41,242 bases of DNA from Paraglomus brasilianum (Eukaryota), in the NCBI GenBank assembly GCA_910592345.1, contig CAJVPI010000223.1, positions 1 through 41,242 on the forward strand, given 5' to 3'. This document shows positions 10,438-21,392 of this stretch, piece after piece. A program made the position numbers and the translations under genes. Positions within the stretch are counted from its first letter, which is position 1, and every line of letters begins with the position of its first letter. The notes beneath the pieces are model-generated. The model worked only from the letters and a program-made list of their open reading frames with translations, had not been told where the DNA came from and made no database searches.

Positions 10438-12976
10438 TCAGGCAATTCCCAATTCCTCCGATTCCTTAATCTTAGCAGACAGAAATTCAATGACTTGATC
10501 AATACTTCTATCCGACTTATCGAACAAGAGGCTACGAAATTCCTCCAGTATAGCATAGTATTTCAAAGGGGCATATTTAAGTTGTTTTTCAAATTTGTGA
10601 TATATCATCACGAGTTTGTGGGCCATAATGTCTTCTGCGTGTATACCTTTGTTCCAAGTCGTAATACCATCACAAAGAATGTCCACAACGGTATAGAAAA
10701 GAGACTCGACGTCGTCGTCGAGAGTATATAAATAGGACTTTTGAGCAATCAGACACTCCATGATCTAAAAGATAATGGCTTTGAGTTAAATTCTGAAGAA
10801 TAGAATACTAATTATAATACAGTGAAAGCAAGATACAATACGGATATAGAGCAGTATAATAATGTTGCTGATAAATCTTTCGACTCTCCAGAATTCGAAT
10901 GTAATGCGATACCCCAATCGATGAGGTATCCATGGCCATTAAAGAGGATTATATTAGAGGGTTTGATGTCGCGGTGCAAAATGTTGTGTTGACTAGCCAA
11001 TTTCATGGCCTCGGCGACATCTCGTATGGCACCAAGAACAACCCGCAAACCATGTTTTGATATTTCGAGGTGTTCACCATATGGTTTGATCACAATGAAC
11101 CTATATACGCAGTATCAATCGAATATTAATTAAAAACAGATAAGGCAATATCGTCCAACCTAGCATACCTTTGACCATTTTCAAACGTTCCATAAAAATA
11201 GACCTTGGGAATAAACTCAATCTTAAAACAAGCAAGTTCATGAAGAATATTACGTTCTCCGTCACTAGTAGAAGACTTGACTATGGCCTTATTTCTTGCG
11301 GTGCGGTCACCAACTTCGCCAGCATGAGCAAGCCGATCGAATCCTTCTGAGTAAAATCGAGAGAAAGCAAGCCCGACCGCTTATAATTATGTCGCTTGTC
11401 CCTATATAACAATTCAATCTGTGAGTCACTTGCAATGGCCCCGAAAACTTCCTTCCTATCTTCTTGCTGATCGAAAATGTTCGAAAACTTATCTGCGAGT
11501 TGTCCTATCGCGTTATGGTGTTCGTCAGGAGGATTTTTGCCAGAAGTGTCTCCCTTGTCACCTATGCTAAATTTTAATTCGATTGCTGCAACGAGCTGCG
11601 GCCATGATGGGGTAGCTCCATCGAGGATGGCTAAGTCAATTTTGGCTATCGGGTCTTTAAAGTAGGTTTGACTCGACGAGTCATGAATAATCCATGGATC
11701 TTGCGGCATTTTTGAGAAGAACGCGTTAAATTTCTTTTGGGTGTCACTTTTACATTGACATAAAATTCTCAGGTCTTCCGATGATAAATCTAGACCACCA
11801 AGTATGTCTGTATTATTTTGAAAACGATCGAAGAAAAATTTCGAATTGATTTCAGCTGTTGCCAAGACACGAGCCGCAATGTCTAATGCTGATGTAATAG
11901 TGTGTTTTGATCTGGCGATTTGCTCACGAATTTCAGCATGCTCAGCTTCTCTCTCTCTCTCTTTCTCTTCGATAGCACATAACCTTTTGCGAATTTCGTT
12001 ATCTTCCTCGGGGTATCTTTTATGAGAGACTATAAGAGAAGCACTATGAGTATTATCTTAGGTAGGCAATATCAATTGTATAAAAACAAACTTACCTGGC
12101 ACTGTATGGTGATAAAATTGAAGGATGGCAAAGCAAGGTGAACAGAATAAACAAAACAATGCAAGCCAAATTATCAAGCCAGAAAGTATTGCTATCAAAG
12201 AGGTATGAATATGAATGGTTACATACTGAGTGATTCCTTGAGCTTTAATATACCATCCTCAAATGCTGCTTGCTGTATGACGTTTAGAGGGGGCAACTTG
12301 CCAATGTATTCACGAATAATGTTTTTATCAATCTTAATAAACTGGTTGAACATGTCCTCAGTGAAGCCTGCTTTAACAAGCTCTTTGTAGCATGTTCCTA
12401 GATTAATTTGGTCCAGGAAATCTTTAAAAGTAGGAATTTGTGGTTGCTGATGTGCAAATCAAAGGTTCAGGAATGTGAATTTGAAATGAATATGTGACTA
12501 CAAATTCCAAGTACTTACTGGTTGAGTGGTGGTTGAGATTGATGCTCTGTATTCCTACAAAGACATGTATTGGATTAGCAGTGGAAAAGACAGTGGAAGT
12601 GACATTGACCAAAAAAGCTGGTTCTCCAACCTTCTGGCAGAATGTCAAAATTCACCTGATTATATACTAATACCATGTCATCACTTTGTATTGGTGATTG
12701 TGGTGGGTTCAGCCCCTAGATAGAACAATAATGTTGGTTTCTGTATTTGTATTAAAACAATAAATGAAATTTTTGCAATAGAAATCGTTAATTCACCTTG
12801 ATGTTGATAAACATTTTATGTTTAGTAAGGCAATGACTGACAAGAACTTGGGCATTTTGCTCGTTGAAAGTTATATTGTTGAAGACTTTCTTTTTGTTGG
12901 TACAATAATTACATGCCCAGGTACCTTCCCTGACCATAGAACAATTCTGTCTGTAGAGCTTTTCCACATTAAACAT
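10438..12976 (-). pseudogene. multi-exon ZnF / SAM-like / coiled-coil / PD-(D/E)xK-like / FunK1 (fungal-type) kinase gene, interrupted by an in-frame stop and apparent deletion
   Basis: Kinase motifs: HRDIKPSNII, LIDWGIA, SATLLYCS, DDDVESLFY. FunK1 N-terminal region: KIDLAIL..WPQLVAAIELK..AIGQL..IFDQQEDR. GT-AG introns are frame-compatible (e.g. 11101-11168). A TAG at 11281-11283 lies directly before VKSS, and the Gly-rich loop is missing. Confidence 0.75.
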
Positions 12977-13373
12977 GTTGACAGCCTAAAAATATGTATA
13001 TTGCTGAGGATAAATAACTGTAAAGTTAAGAGGCAAAAATTGTTCATGATGGCATTTTTTATTACTCACGATTGCTTTCAATCCGAAACCCAGAAGGATG
13101 AGTATTGGCAATGGAAGAAAATTTGAACTACTAGCGCGTAGGGGACTAAACTTCGCAGGTCATGTGAATTTTGATCAACGAAAAACTTTGCAATAATTGT
13201 GTTCACATGCATGCAAATTTTGCATTTCCCCATTTGGACAAAGTTTAAAACACAACTTTCTAATAGGATTACCGTCCCAATTTGGAATAGTTACAGCAAA
13301 AGTCGATTATACAAGTCGGTATCGATTTATAGTGATAAATTTATTCATTACTTCAACTAAATTAACGATGATA

Positions 13374-13949
13374 CCGGCGCAAAAAAGTTGATACACCAAT
13401 ATGCTTATAACAGAAAAAAAATTTTTTTTTTTGAAATTCATTCACATGCTTAAATAAATTGACTTACAAATTGAATGTATCAGTAGAAATTTATTAAAAC
13501 ATGTACGCAGACAAAAAAAGGTTTACTAGTCATCAATTTCTTCAACTTCGAGATCTTCACTGTCACTTTTGACTAATAATATCGTTTAAATTTTCCTTGG
13601 ACGCTCTTGCATTCTTCGCTCTGAACGCTTTGAGATTTTTACCGTTATCATATTCAGCAACCTCCTTGCGTAGTGGCAAGTCTGGACGTTGCGTCTGGCA
13701 CTGTCGAGTATTTAAAAAGTATTGGTGAGCGCGAATAATCATTCGTTTTTCGTTACTGGTTAAAGAACTTTGCTCTCTATCTAGGTCTTCCATGGGAAAG
13801 ATAAATGATCAAGTTTGTCACGAATATTTGAAGTCGACATTTTCCTTACATTTTATTTGATTTGTATGCTCACATGATTGTATTAGCAAATTTTGTACAT
13901 GTGAGGAATTTCAGGTGACGAATTTCGTGTATCAACTTGTTTGCGCCGG
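13374..13949. mobile_element. internally deleted TIR DNA transposon (Tc1/IS630-like, inferred)
   Basis: 23-bp TIRs ccggcgcaaaaaagttgatacac (13374-13396) and gtgtatcaacttgtttgcgccgg (13927-13949), 1 mismatch. TA on the left flank only. Encloses a 76-aa minus ORF (13563-13793) that looks like fused transposase N- and C-terminal stubs. Confidence 0.75.
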
Positions 13950-16404
13950 ACCATAATGGTATTAAACTTATTTTTAATATTGTTAATCCATCGAAAATTA
14001 TTTAAATCACGCTGTTCAACAACTACTGTATGTCGTGCATTTCTCTAAGATACCGTTCAATCTCGCCCTTTTCTGCCCTTGCTCCTCCCGATTATTGTTA
14101 TCGTCTACTACTTCCGAATTGTCCCAAATATGTGCAGAAGTAGATTCTCCAATAGTATACATATTGATATGTTAGTGTTGAATAATATACAAGATAAAAA
14201 TTAAACAAGGATTGCTTACCTCTAGCATTGCTAGGTGTAATAAAAAATCCATATTTTCACGACAGTATCAGCTTAATAAAGGACATACGAAACCATATAT
14301 CTAATATCGCAAATACTACATCGAAGAAGTGGGTTGTTGTAATGCATTTGGATAAAATTAATTGGAAGTGAGATGTTTTATTACAGTAGCGTGTGCCATC
14401 TATCTTACAGTTTGCTCGTCAAAAGTTTAAATATCACCAACATACAAACCTTATAACTAATATTTTGAGTTGGCCGTCTGGCAAATAACTTGTTTTATGA
14501 CATTATTAACTCGTTTATTTAAATATAAAAAAAACACAATAAATATTACGTAAAAAAGTACTCGTCTATTATTATTATTTGCGCCATATGCTTGCAAAGT
14601 CTTGTGCTGTATTCAACTTGAATCTCTACCAAAATATATAGTGTGCAAAGAAAAAAATTGGCCTCCTCTTTTTTTACAAGATTTCGTGAATAACAGACTT
14701 TCTGCTGACAAAAATGATATATATTTATCTTGAATTTCCATTCCTGTTAACATCGCATTTTCTGCCTTTCTTTTATTCAAAACAATAATTACAAATTGCA
14801 TGTTCATACTCTGAATCATCGTGCGGAATCTTTATTATGTGACAACCGCTACATCTTTTTCACTTAGTTCTTGAACAAACGAATGTGATAATGTAAGTAT
14901 GAAAGCTATTGGTATAGTAACCAAGTTACGTGTAATTATTAGAATGTCTTGAGGTGGTTAACTGCGCTCATTTTGTTTTCTTAAAGGTATATGGGATAAA
15001 CGGGTAATTTTAATTGGAATCGTATTATTGCGATGAGTATATGAACATTATGTTTAATGAATTGCAATTATTAAATAATTGAACAACCAGTTAATGTATT
15101 GCAACTAGATATAATAACTCTTATTTTTTTCCCCCGCATATTTAACCCTAGATATAATGTCTTGTGGCCATTGTGAATATAGAATTTCCATCGCCAATTA
15201 CAATGTTTTGTAGGATAGAGATTCAGCCTACCTCAAACAAATAAGCTTGAGTGAGAAATTACGACTAATAATTTAAGGCGTTAGTAAAATGTAGAATTGA
15301 GGCTTGCGTCACCCAACCTTTAGCATAAAAAGTTTATTGTTGTATTTTTAGGACATGCGTCAGATGATCAGATACGTAAGTCGCATAGAATCCCTGATTA
15401 AAGTTAGAACGTAGCAGAAAAATAGTACGGCACAAAGACCAAAGGAAAGTGGTCACAGTTAAGTTATACATTCCATCATCAAAATAGTATAGTATTTGAA
15501 TCATTACATCTCACAAAAAGTTGTGGAATAAAAGTACAAACACGATCCTTTATTTTTAATTGTCTAAGAATTGTTATGAATTGGATTATCTAATAACGCA
15601 ATCATATAAGAACAATGTTAGTGCGTAAATAATAGCAAGCTTTCTAACATTTAAACAATAGCCTTTTAAACAATAAACCATTAGCGCCCAGGGCGCTCCA
15701 TGACGTAAAGTTGAGCCCCCAGCTACGGCGGAGAATGGAATAACAAAAGAGCGGGCCATATGATTTAATGACTAGTCAAACACGCAAATCGAGAGTATTA
15801 GCTCCAGAATTTAATATTACATTATTATCTCTCCACAATTATTCGTATTAGATTGCGCGTACACTGAATATTATTTAAATCTCTTGGCAACCACTAAATT
15901 AGCGAGCTCAATTTTATGTGATGTAATAGTGGCTCAAGATGGCACACAAAAAATTTTTTGTTTCCTAAAATGGTACCTTCCCCGAACTTGGCAGATCGTC
16001 TGGCAAGATCAACCTCAGGTTTATAAATAGAAATAAATCGCAATAAAGTAGACAATTTCCTATTTAGACACATTCCCTTCCGCAAATCTCGCATGAATGT
16101 CTTATTCAGCACAACAAAACACTATGTATAGCAAACGAGGTTGTTACGCACGAAATGTAAACTGGTGAATAAATACTTGATTACCGAATGACTTATTTAG
16201 GAGTGAATCTTTGAACTATTATTATCTTTTAATCATCATGCATAGACAGTACAGAATGTCAACCAATCAACCCGCCATGTAACGTCATCTATTCTTTGTG
16301 CGATATTGTTTCTATTTTAATTAAAATTAACTTCATTTTTTCCCTGATCAGCATTTGCTTGGTTTTGACATAGTATAAAATACTGTTTAGGAAACCAATT
16401 TTCT

Positions 16405-16410
16405 TATAAA
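16405..16410 (+). promoter_or_regulatory. TATA box of the ML-domain gene
   Basis: TATAAA about 75 nt upstream of the ATG at 16484. Confidence 0.5.
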
Positions 16411-16483
16411 AGCGGCAGAGGCTTCGACACGTCTTGACCAGAAACTTGACAATTTATTGATTAACATTAATATTAACAAAACC

Positions 16484-16957
16484 ATGAACCGCAATTTACT
16501 GTTTCTATTCTTTTTCTTGGCTTCGATTTCAGTCATCAACGCTGTTCCGCACCAACTCAATAAAAGAGCTACCGAGTTCAAAAAATGTCCGCCAACTCCT
16601 GGCAATCCTGTTGACGTCACGGAACTCACGGTATCTGTAGTGCCAGATTCTATCGTTTCTAATCAAAACGCTACATTTACAATTTCTGGGACTGCAAAAG
16701 TGGATATTCCCACGGATTCCGAAATTTCGATCGTTTACAACAAGATTGATGCACGTGGGCATGTTATAGGCACACCCTTTTTTGCCTTATTTTGCGGAGA
16801 CAACGATTCTTGTCCAGTTAAAAAAGAAGATAAGTTTACTCGAACGCTTACAGCCGAAGCACCGACATTACCCGCCGCATATGCTGTGACAATCATACTT
16901 AATACAAGTGATCCAGAAATAGTATATGGCTGTGCACTAGCTATAGTCGGAGTGTAA
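16484..16957 (+). CDS. secreted ML (MD-2-related lipid-recognition / NPC2-like) domain protein, 157 aa
   Basis: The true start is likely the ATG at 16484 (MNRNLLFLFFFLASISVINA signal peptide). Then PHQLNKR (KR Kex2-type site) and FKKCP...LTVSVVPD...FTISG...FC....CPVK...YGCA, the 4-Cys beta-sandwich pattern. Confidence 0.85.
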   Translation: MNRNLLFLFFFLASISVINAVPHQLNKRATEFKKCPPTPGNPVDVTELTVSVVPDSIVSNQNATFTISGTAKVDIPTDSEISIVYNKIDARGHVIGTPFFALFCGDNDSCPVKKEDKFTRTLTAEAPTLPAAYAVTIILNTSDPEIVYGCALAIVGV

Positions 16958-19391
16958 AATCACTTGAGACTATCGAACAATCTTCTGATAACATTTATTA
17001 TTGTGTGTAAATTCAATTCATAATTTATCATATCAGAATTATACGTACAATCAAAGCATAAACATTGACATAGTTACAAACAACTTCATATTGTTTTCTA
17101 TATTATCGGTAATCTTTAGAGATGCAGAAGAAGTAAAGTTTAAAGCGAAGTTTTATAAGAGTTTATTCTTATTATAAATAAATTTGGTATTTTCGGCTTA
17201 TATAATTTTAGTCACATGACTAAAAATAAAACTTCAATCCTGCCAGTCACACTCCTATTTGAATTCTTCAACGCAAACTAGCACGGAAATCTGTTTAGAA
17301 CAATTTAAGATTTCATTGGGTTTTAATTGCTTAATTACCACGCCTATATGTCGTTGACAAATAAGTCAAATAACAATCCCAAAACTACAATATAGATTAC
17401 TATTATCCAACAAAATTTCAGTCGAACTTCAGCAGAATGGAATTTTTTAGGGAAAAATAACAAGAAGCAAGTTCAAAAATAGATAAGTAAACATCTTAGA
17501 AGACTAGATAAAATTGTGGCCTTTGAGCAAGAAAAGAGAAAGAATTTCTCATTAGATAAATTTTAAGTGTGTCAAAATATAGATAAGAAAATAGTGGCAT
17601 GGCAAAGGCTCGGTTTTCTGATGCCCGAAGAGGGCTGTTCGTCTGAACGGGTAATGAATTCCACTTGGCGTAGATAATCTGCTCGGCTGTCTAACGTCCA
17701 AACGTGGGTGGGCGCGAATGACTCCTCCCGTTGTTAAATTAAACGGACGAATATTGTTGGATGCCACAAACCACGCCACGCCAATGAAAAAAGTTTGGGT
17801 TCGTTTAATGTATTTCAGAAAAAAGGGGCAAAATCACATGGTAAAATCTTCCCCAAACGTCAATCAAACTAAATTTAGAAACAGTAAGACAAACCCTTTT
17901 TCCCACTACATGACCGCCAGTTATACTATCCAAAAAGGCCACAATGTTTGAGCGGTGTCTGTTAAAAAGAGATTGCGTGTTCCACAATATGGCCTGACAC
18001 ACTTTCTATGCTACTATTCGAAGGGTATAATACATATAGCGAAGTATCATTCGATCTATTTGTCAAAAACCATAATACCTCAGATCAGGTGAGTGTGCCT
18101 AATAAAGACCTCGAAAACTCAGATCAGGCGATTTGTCCGCAATCACATGTGTACTACATACATTTACCAGCCCATCAATTTATGCTAGTACTTAAATGGT
18201 CTCCCAAAGTAATATCAGTCACTAATATGTCAGCTAGCACTAACTTTAACGAATCTATCGGCTGTTTTTTTTTTGTTAAGAAACGTCTCCATTATAACCA
18301 ACTGTTCTTATTTGCAGATCACCAACTATAAGCGGTTTTGGTCTGTCATTCTTGTATACCAACTGTAAAAACGGTTTCCATTTATATGTGCTTCAACGAA
18401 ATCGTAAACGCATGACATACGATTCGAAATGGAAGCCCACTTTTCACATTGTTTATTGATCAATTGTACAGTATTTGCCCAAGAATGACAATTTATCAAC
18501 GATACTACGTAGAAAGACAAATGTCTCTTCTGACAAAACATAAAACCCACCTAAATTCCAATAGTATCCCTATCCCTTTTTTTTTATTATTTTAATCGCC
18601 TATACAATCACCATGTACATGTCTTTAAAATTTGTTCAATCAGAGAAGTCATCAGTTAAGCCACAACCCGAACTTTGAATAGAAATTGTTAAGTTGAAAA
18701 CAATGAAAATAAAAGTATTGCGTTTAACATTCTCCAATTCATTTCAGTTGATGCCAGAACACCATATTATTAGCTCCAAAGCTGTTCATTTAGTTTTATA
18801 GGACTCACAAATGTGAATCCGTCAACACAACAATAATGTCAATGTCCCACTTCAGAAAATCCATCATCCCTCCCTCATGATTTTTACTTACGTAACAGCA
18901 AGTTGGTATGATTGCTGGTAAACCGAACATTACAGCAACGGCTGTTTCATTTTATGTGAGTTTTTGCCAGTATATTAGAACTAATGCATAAGTTACATAG
19001 ATAAACTTCGTACACTATATTTCCAGTTATTTTTTTTTTTAATACTCATAATCTTTGCTTGCTTCCTCGATCGTATTATGTCAAAATTATTTTCTTAGCA
19101 TATCTTATGCTATTGATGCAAATTGTAAAGACAAGAACTAAAACGAGTAATGTTACCATCATCACTACAGATATCATCTCTAATGTTAAAGTTTCCTCCC
19201 GCAGTTGCTATTCCGCTTCAGAGAACTCTCAAGCGTCCAATTAGAACGTGTAATACCGGTGAAAATAAAATATAGTTGAAAATTTTTGTTTTGGGAATTA
19301 TAGAATTAGAACGTTGAAAAAGAGAGATTTAGACTCATTGCTTATGACACATTTTCTGAAACAAATTATTTGCTATTCAGTATATTATTGA

Positions 19392-19499
19392 TGTTGTACC
19401 TCAGTTGGGGACCTGTCTCAGTTCTGGATTGAGACAACTAAGTTCTAGAATGAGTGAATGGGTTCCGAACTGAGACAGGTCCCAAACTCAGACACAACA
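19392..19499. mobile_element. 108-bp MITE, TGT...ACA ends, 4-bp TSD (Ginger-type)
   Basis: 33-bp TIRs tgttgtacctcagttggggacctgtctcagttc / gaactgagacaggtcccaaactcagacacaaca (4 mismatches). TTGA is duplicated at 19388-19391 and 19500-19503. Confidence 0.85.
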
Positions 19500-19769
19500 T
19501 TGACAATGTATCATATTTTTAATCGAACAATAAAACAGTATTGCATAACAATGTAAACGTATTAATGCGTTAATATTAACCCGTTGCATATTAAAGAATT
19601 GGATGAAACATTTTAGTCGGGGAATAATGTATTGAGACCACTAAATCTTATACATGCTAAAACCACGTTAACTTTGAGTTAACATAATAGTTTAAAAAGG
19701 ACTTGCATTGATACAGAGAAGACATATCAAAAGTGAACTGATTTATTTACGATAATATCTAATATGACA

Positions 19770-19840
19770 TACAGATAAAACCCTCTAAGCGCACACCTCT
19801 AATGCACACCCTCTAATGCACACCCTCCCTAAATGCACAG
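19770..19840 (+). repeat. tandem CCTCTAATGCACA units after TA-CAG; probable orphan left end of a pogo-like element
   Basis: tacagataaaaccctctaagcgcacacctctaatgcacaccctctaatgcacaccctccctaaatgcaca. No matching right TIR seen. Confidence 0.45.
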
Positions 19841-20657
19841 TTTGGCATAGTCGGACCAGTGATAAATGCACCCTGCACGTGCAATAATTTTTTGGTCCGG
19901 TATAGATTTTTCAAAAATGGTTTCTCGGGAATAGCAAAATAAATTTTTGTGATTTTTTCTTTTTTTATCCATTCTTCGAAACGATTGATCAACTCTATTT
20001 TTATAGGTCAACTGATTGTTGAAATCCAACCCTGGCGACAAAACTTTTCAGCATCCCCTACGCAACGTATTCATAAGCTACAATATTATTTTGTTGCTAT
20101 TTTTAAGCTTATTTAAGATAACCCACCCCGTATTAAATTTACGCTTGAAGCTAAGATTCTTAAATAGATAAAGTCACACTACTGTACGTCTTTTATATTG
20201 CAAGGTAAAAATCACGACCTATTCGAGAACACGTTTACTGGCTGACTACGAGTCTATTACTATAGAGCTTATTCACATTTTTTGACTACTAGCCTCGCTT
20301 CATTCACGGAGAGAGATAAACGTTTGTCCACAATATCACCATTGCTGTCATTATATTATAACGAGACGGCTACAAGCTATTTTGCACCAGAAGAAAAAAT
20401 GTTAAAAATAAAGTGATGATATCCAGAGAAATTTATTGATTTAGTGGGTTAGAAATAAACTTAGTTTATTTGTATATACAGTACAATTGATATAAAGGCT
20501 CAGACTGTTGAATCATAAACGTGTATTTAAACCATGGAGTGCAAAATTGCGCGTTAATTTTCATAAACTATATTTCGCGTTTTTCAGATAGAAAGCATAC
20601 ACACACGCGCACAAAAAAAATGCTGAGCAAAAATTGCTGCTCCAAACTCTCATAATT

Positions 20658-21261
20658 CTACCTCACTTCGATCTTAAGTTCCTTCCAATCAATGACCGTG
20701 GTAAGGTCATCATCGAAGGTAGTGTATCCATCGCTGGAAGCAGTATTCCATTGACCTTTGACTTTCACAGGTGCACTACCGCTCTCCTTCTTGTAGCCAC
20801 TGATCTTCCACTGAGTGTCGTAAAATCCGCAGGTGATAGGTTGAACGTATTTATTGCAGATAGGACACTTGCAAAGATGCTCTTGCGCAAAGAAATCAAA
20901 GTTGCGTTTACCCCATTTGTGGATAACTCGACTGCCATTATAGGCTTTGCAGGAAAAGTTGGTACAATTTCCTTGAAATTGATAAAAAAATCTTATCGTT
21001 AATAAAAGTCTTAAGGTAACTTAACACCATTTTTTAGTATTCACCTTCAAGATTCAACCCCTTAGTTGCAATTCGCCAAGCAGGAGCATCCGTAGACCAT
21101 TTCCTTTTCGTGATAGCTTCTTGTCTTGGATCAATGAAGATTCCATGACTAATAGGAGCTCGGTAAGAAATAAGCCCGGGGGCAGCAGTAGCCGCGAGAG
21201 CCACAGGAAAAATCTGTCTTTCTTCTTCATATTCATTGAACATTAACCGTAACATGTCCAT
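20658..21261 (-). CDS. two-exon, 176-aa Cys-rich (putative Zn-binding) protein of unknown function
   Basis: Exon 1 21261-21045, GT-AG intron 21044-20972, exon 2 20971-20658. Spliced: ...WSTDAPAWRIATKGLNLEGNCTNFSCKAYNGSRVIHKWGKRNFDFFAQEHLCKCPICNKYVQPITCGFYDTQWKISG...GYTTFDDDLTTVIDWKELKIEVR*. Open throughout, with TATATAA about 50 nt upstream. Confidence 0.85.
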
Positions 21262-21373
21262 GTTGTTCGTTCAGAAGATACGATTATAAGGAAAAAAGAA
21301 CTGCCACTCATTATATAGTGCAACAAAGACAAGGAGGATGTTGATGTAATAAGATTTCGCATTACTTAGTGGG

Positions 21374-21392
21374 CCCAAACTCAGACACAACA
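21374..21392. mobile_element. orphan right TIR tip of the 19392-19499 MITE family
   Basis: cccaaactcagacacaaca is identical to 19481-19499. The flank (atcg) does not match the TTGA TSD. Confidence 0.65.

Noticed and set aside
14040..14420. Possible WD40 gene remnant (ADTVVKIW, minus strand)
   Set aside because: One short motif, with no continuous frame to support it.
16457..16483. N-terminal extension MINININKT of the ML protein
   Set aside because: It starts at a non-ATG codon; the signal peptide begins at the ATG at 16484.
17550..18560. Coding-like minus-strand fragments (TGGVIRAHPRLD..., FLRSIVDKLSFLGKY...)
   Set aside because: Probably decayed genes, but I cannot assign a family or exon structure.
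20634..21002. 122-aa plus-strand ORF
   Set aside because: Antisense shadow of exon 2 of the minus-strand Cys-rich gene.
19392..21392. Single 2-kb transposon carrying the Cys-rich gene
   Set aside because: The outer flanks (TTGA versus ATCG) are not a TSD, and the 108-bp MITE already has its own TSD. Kept only as a hypothesis.
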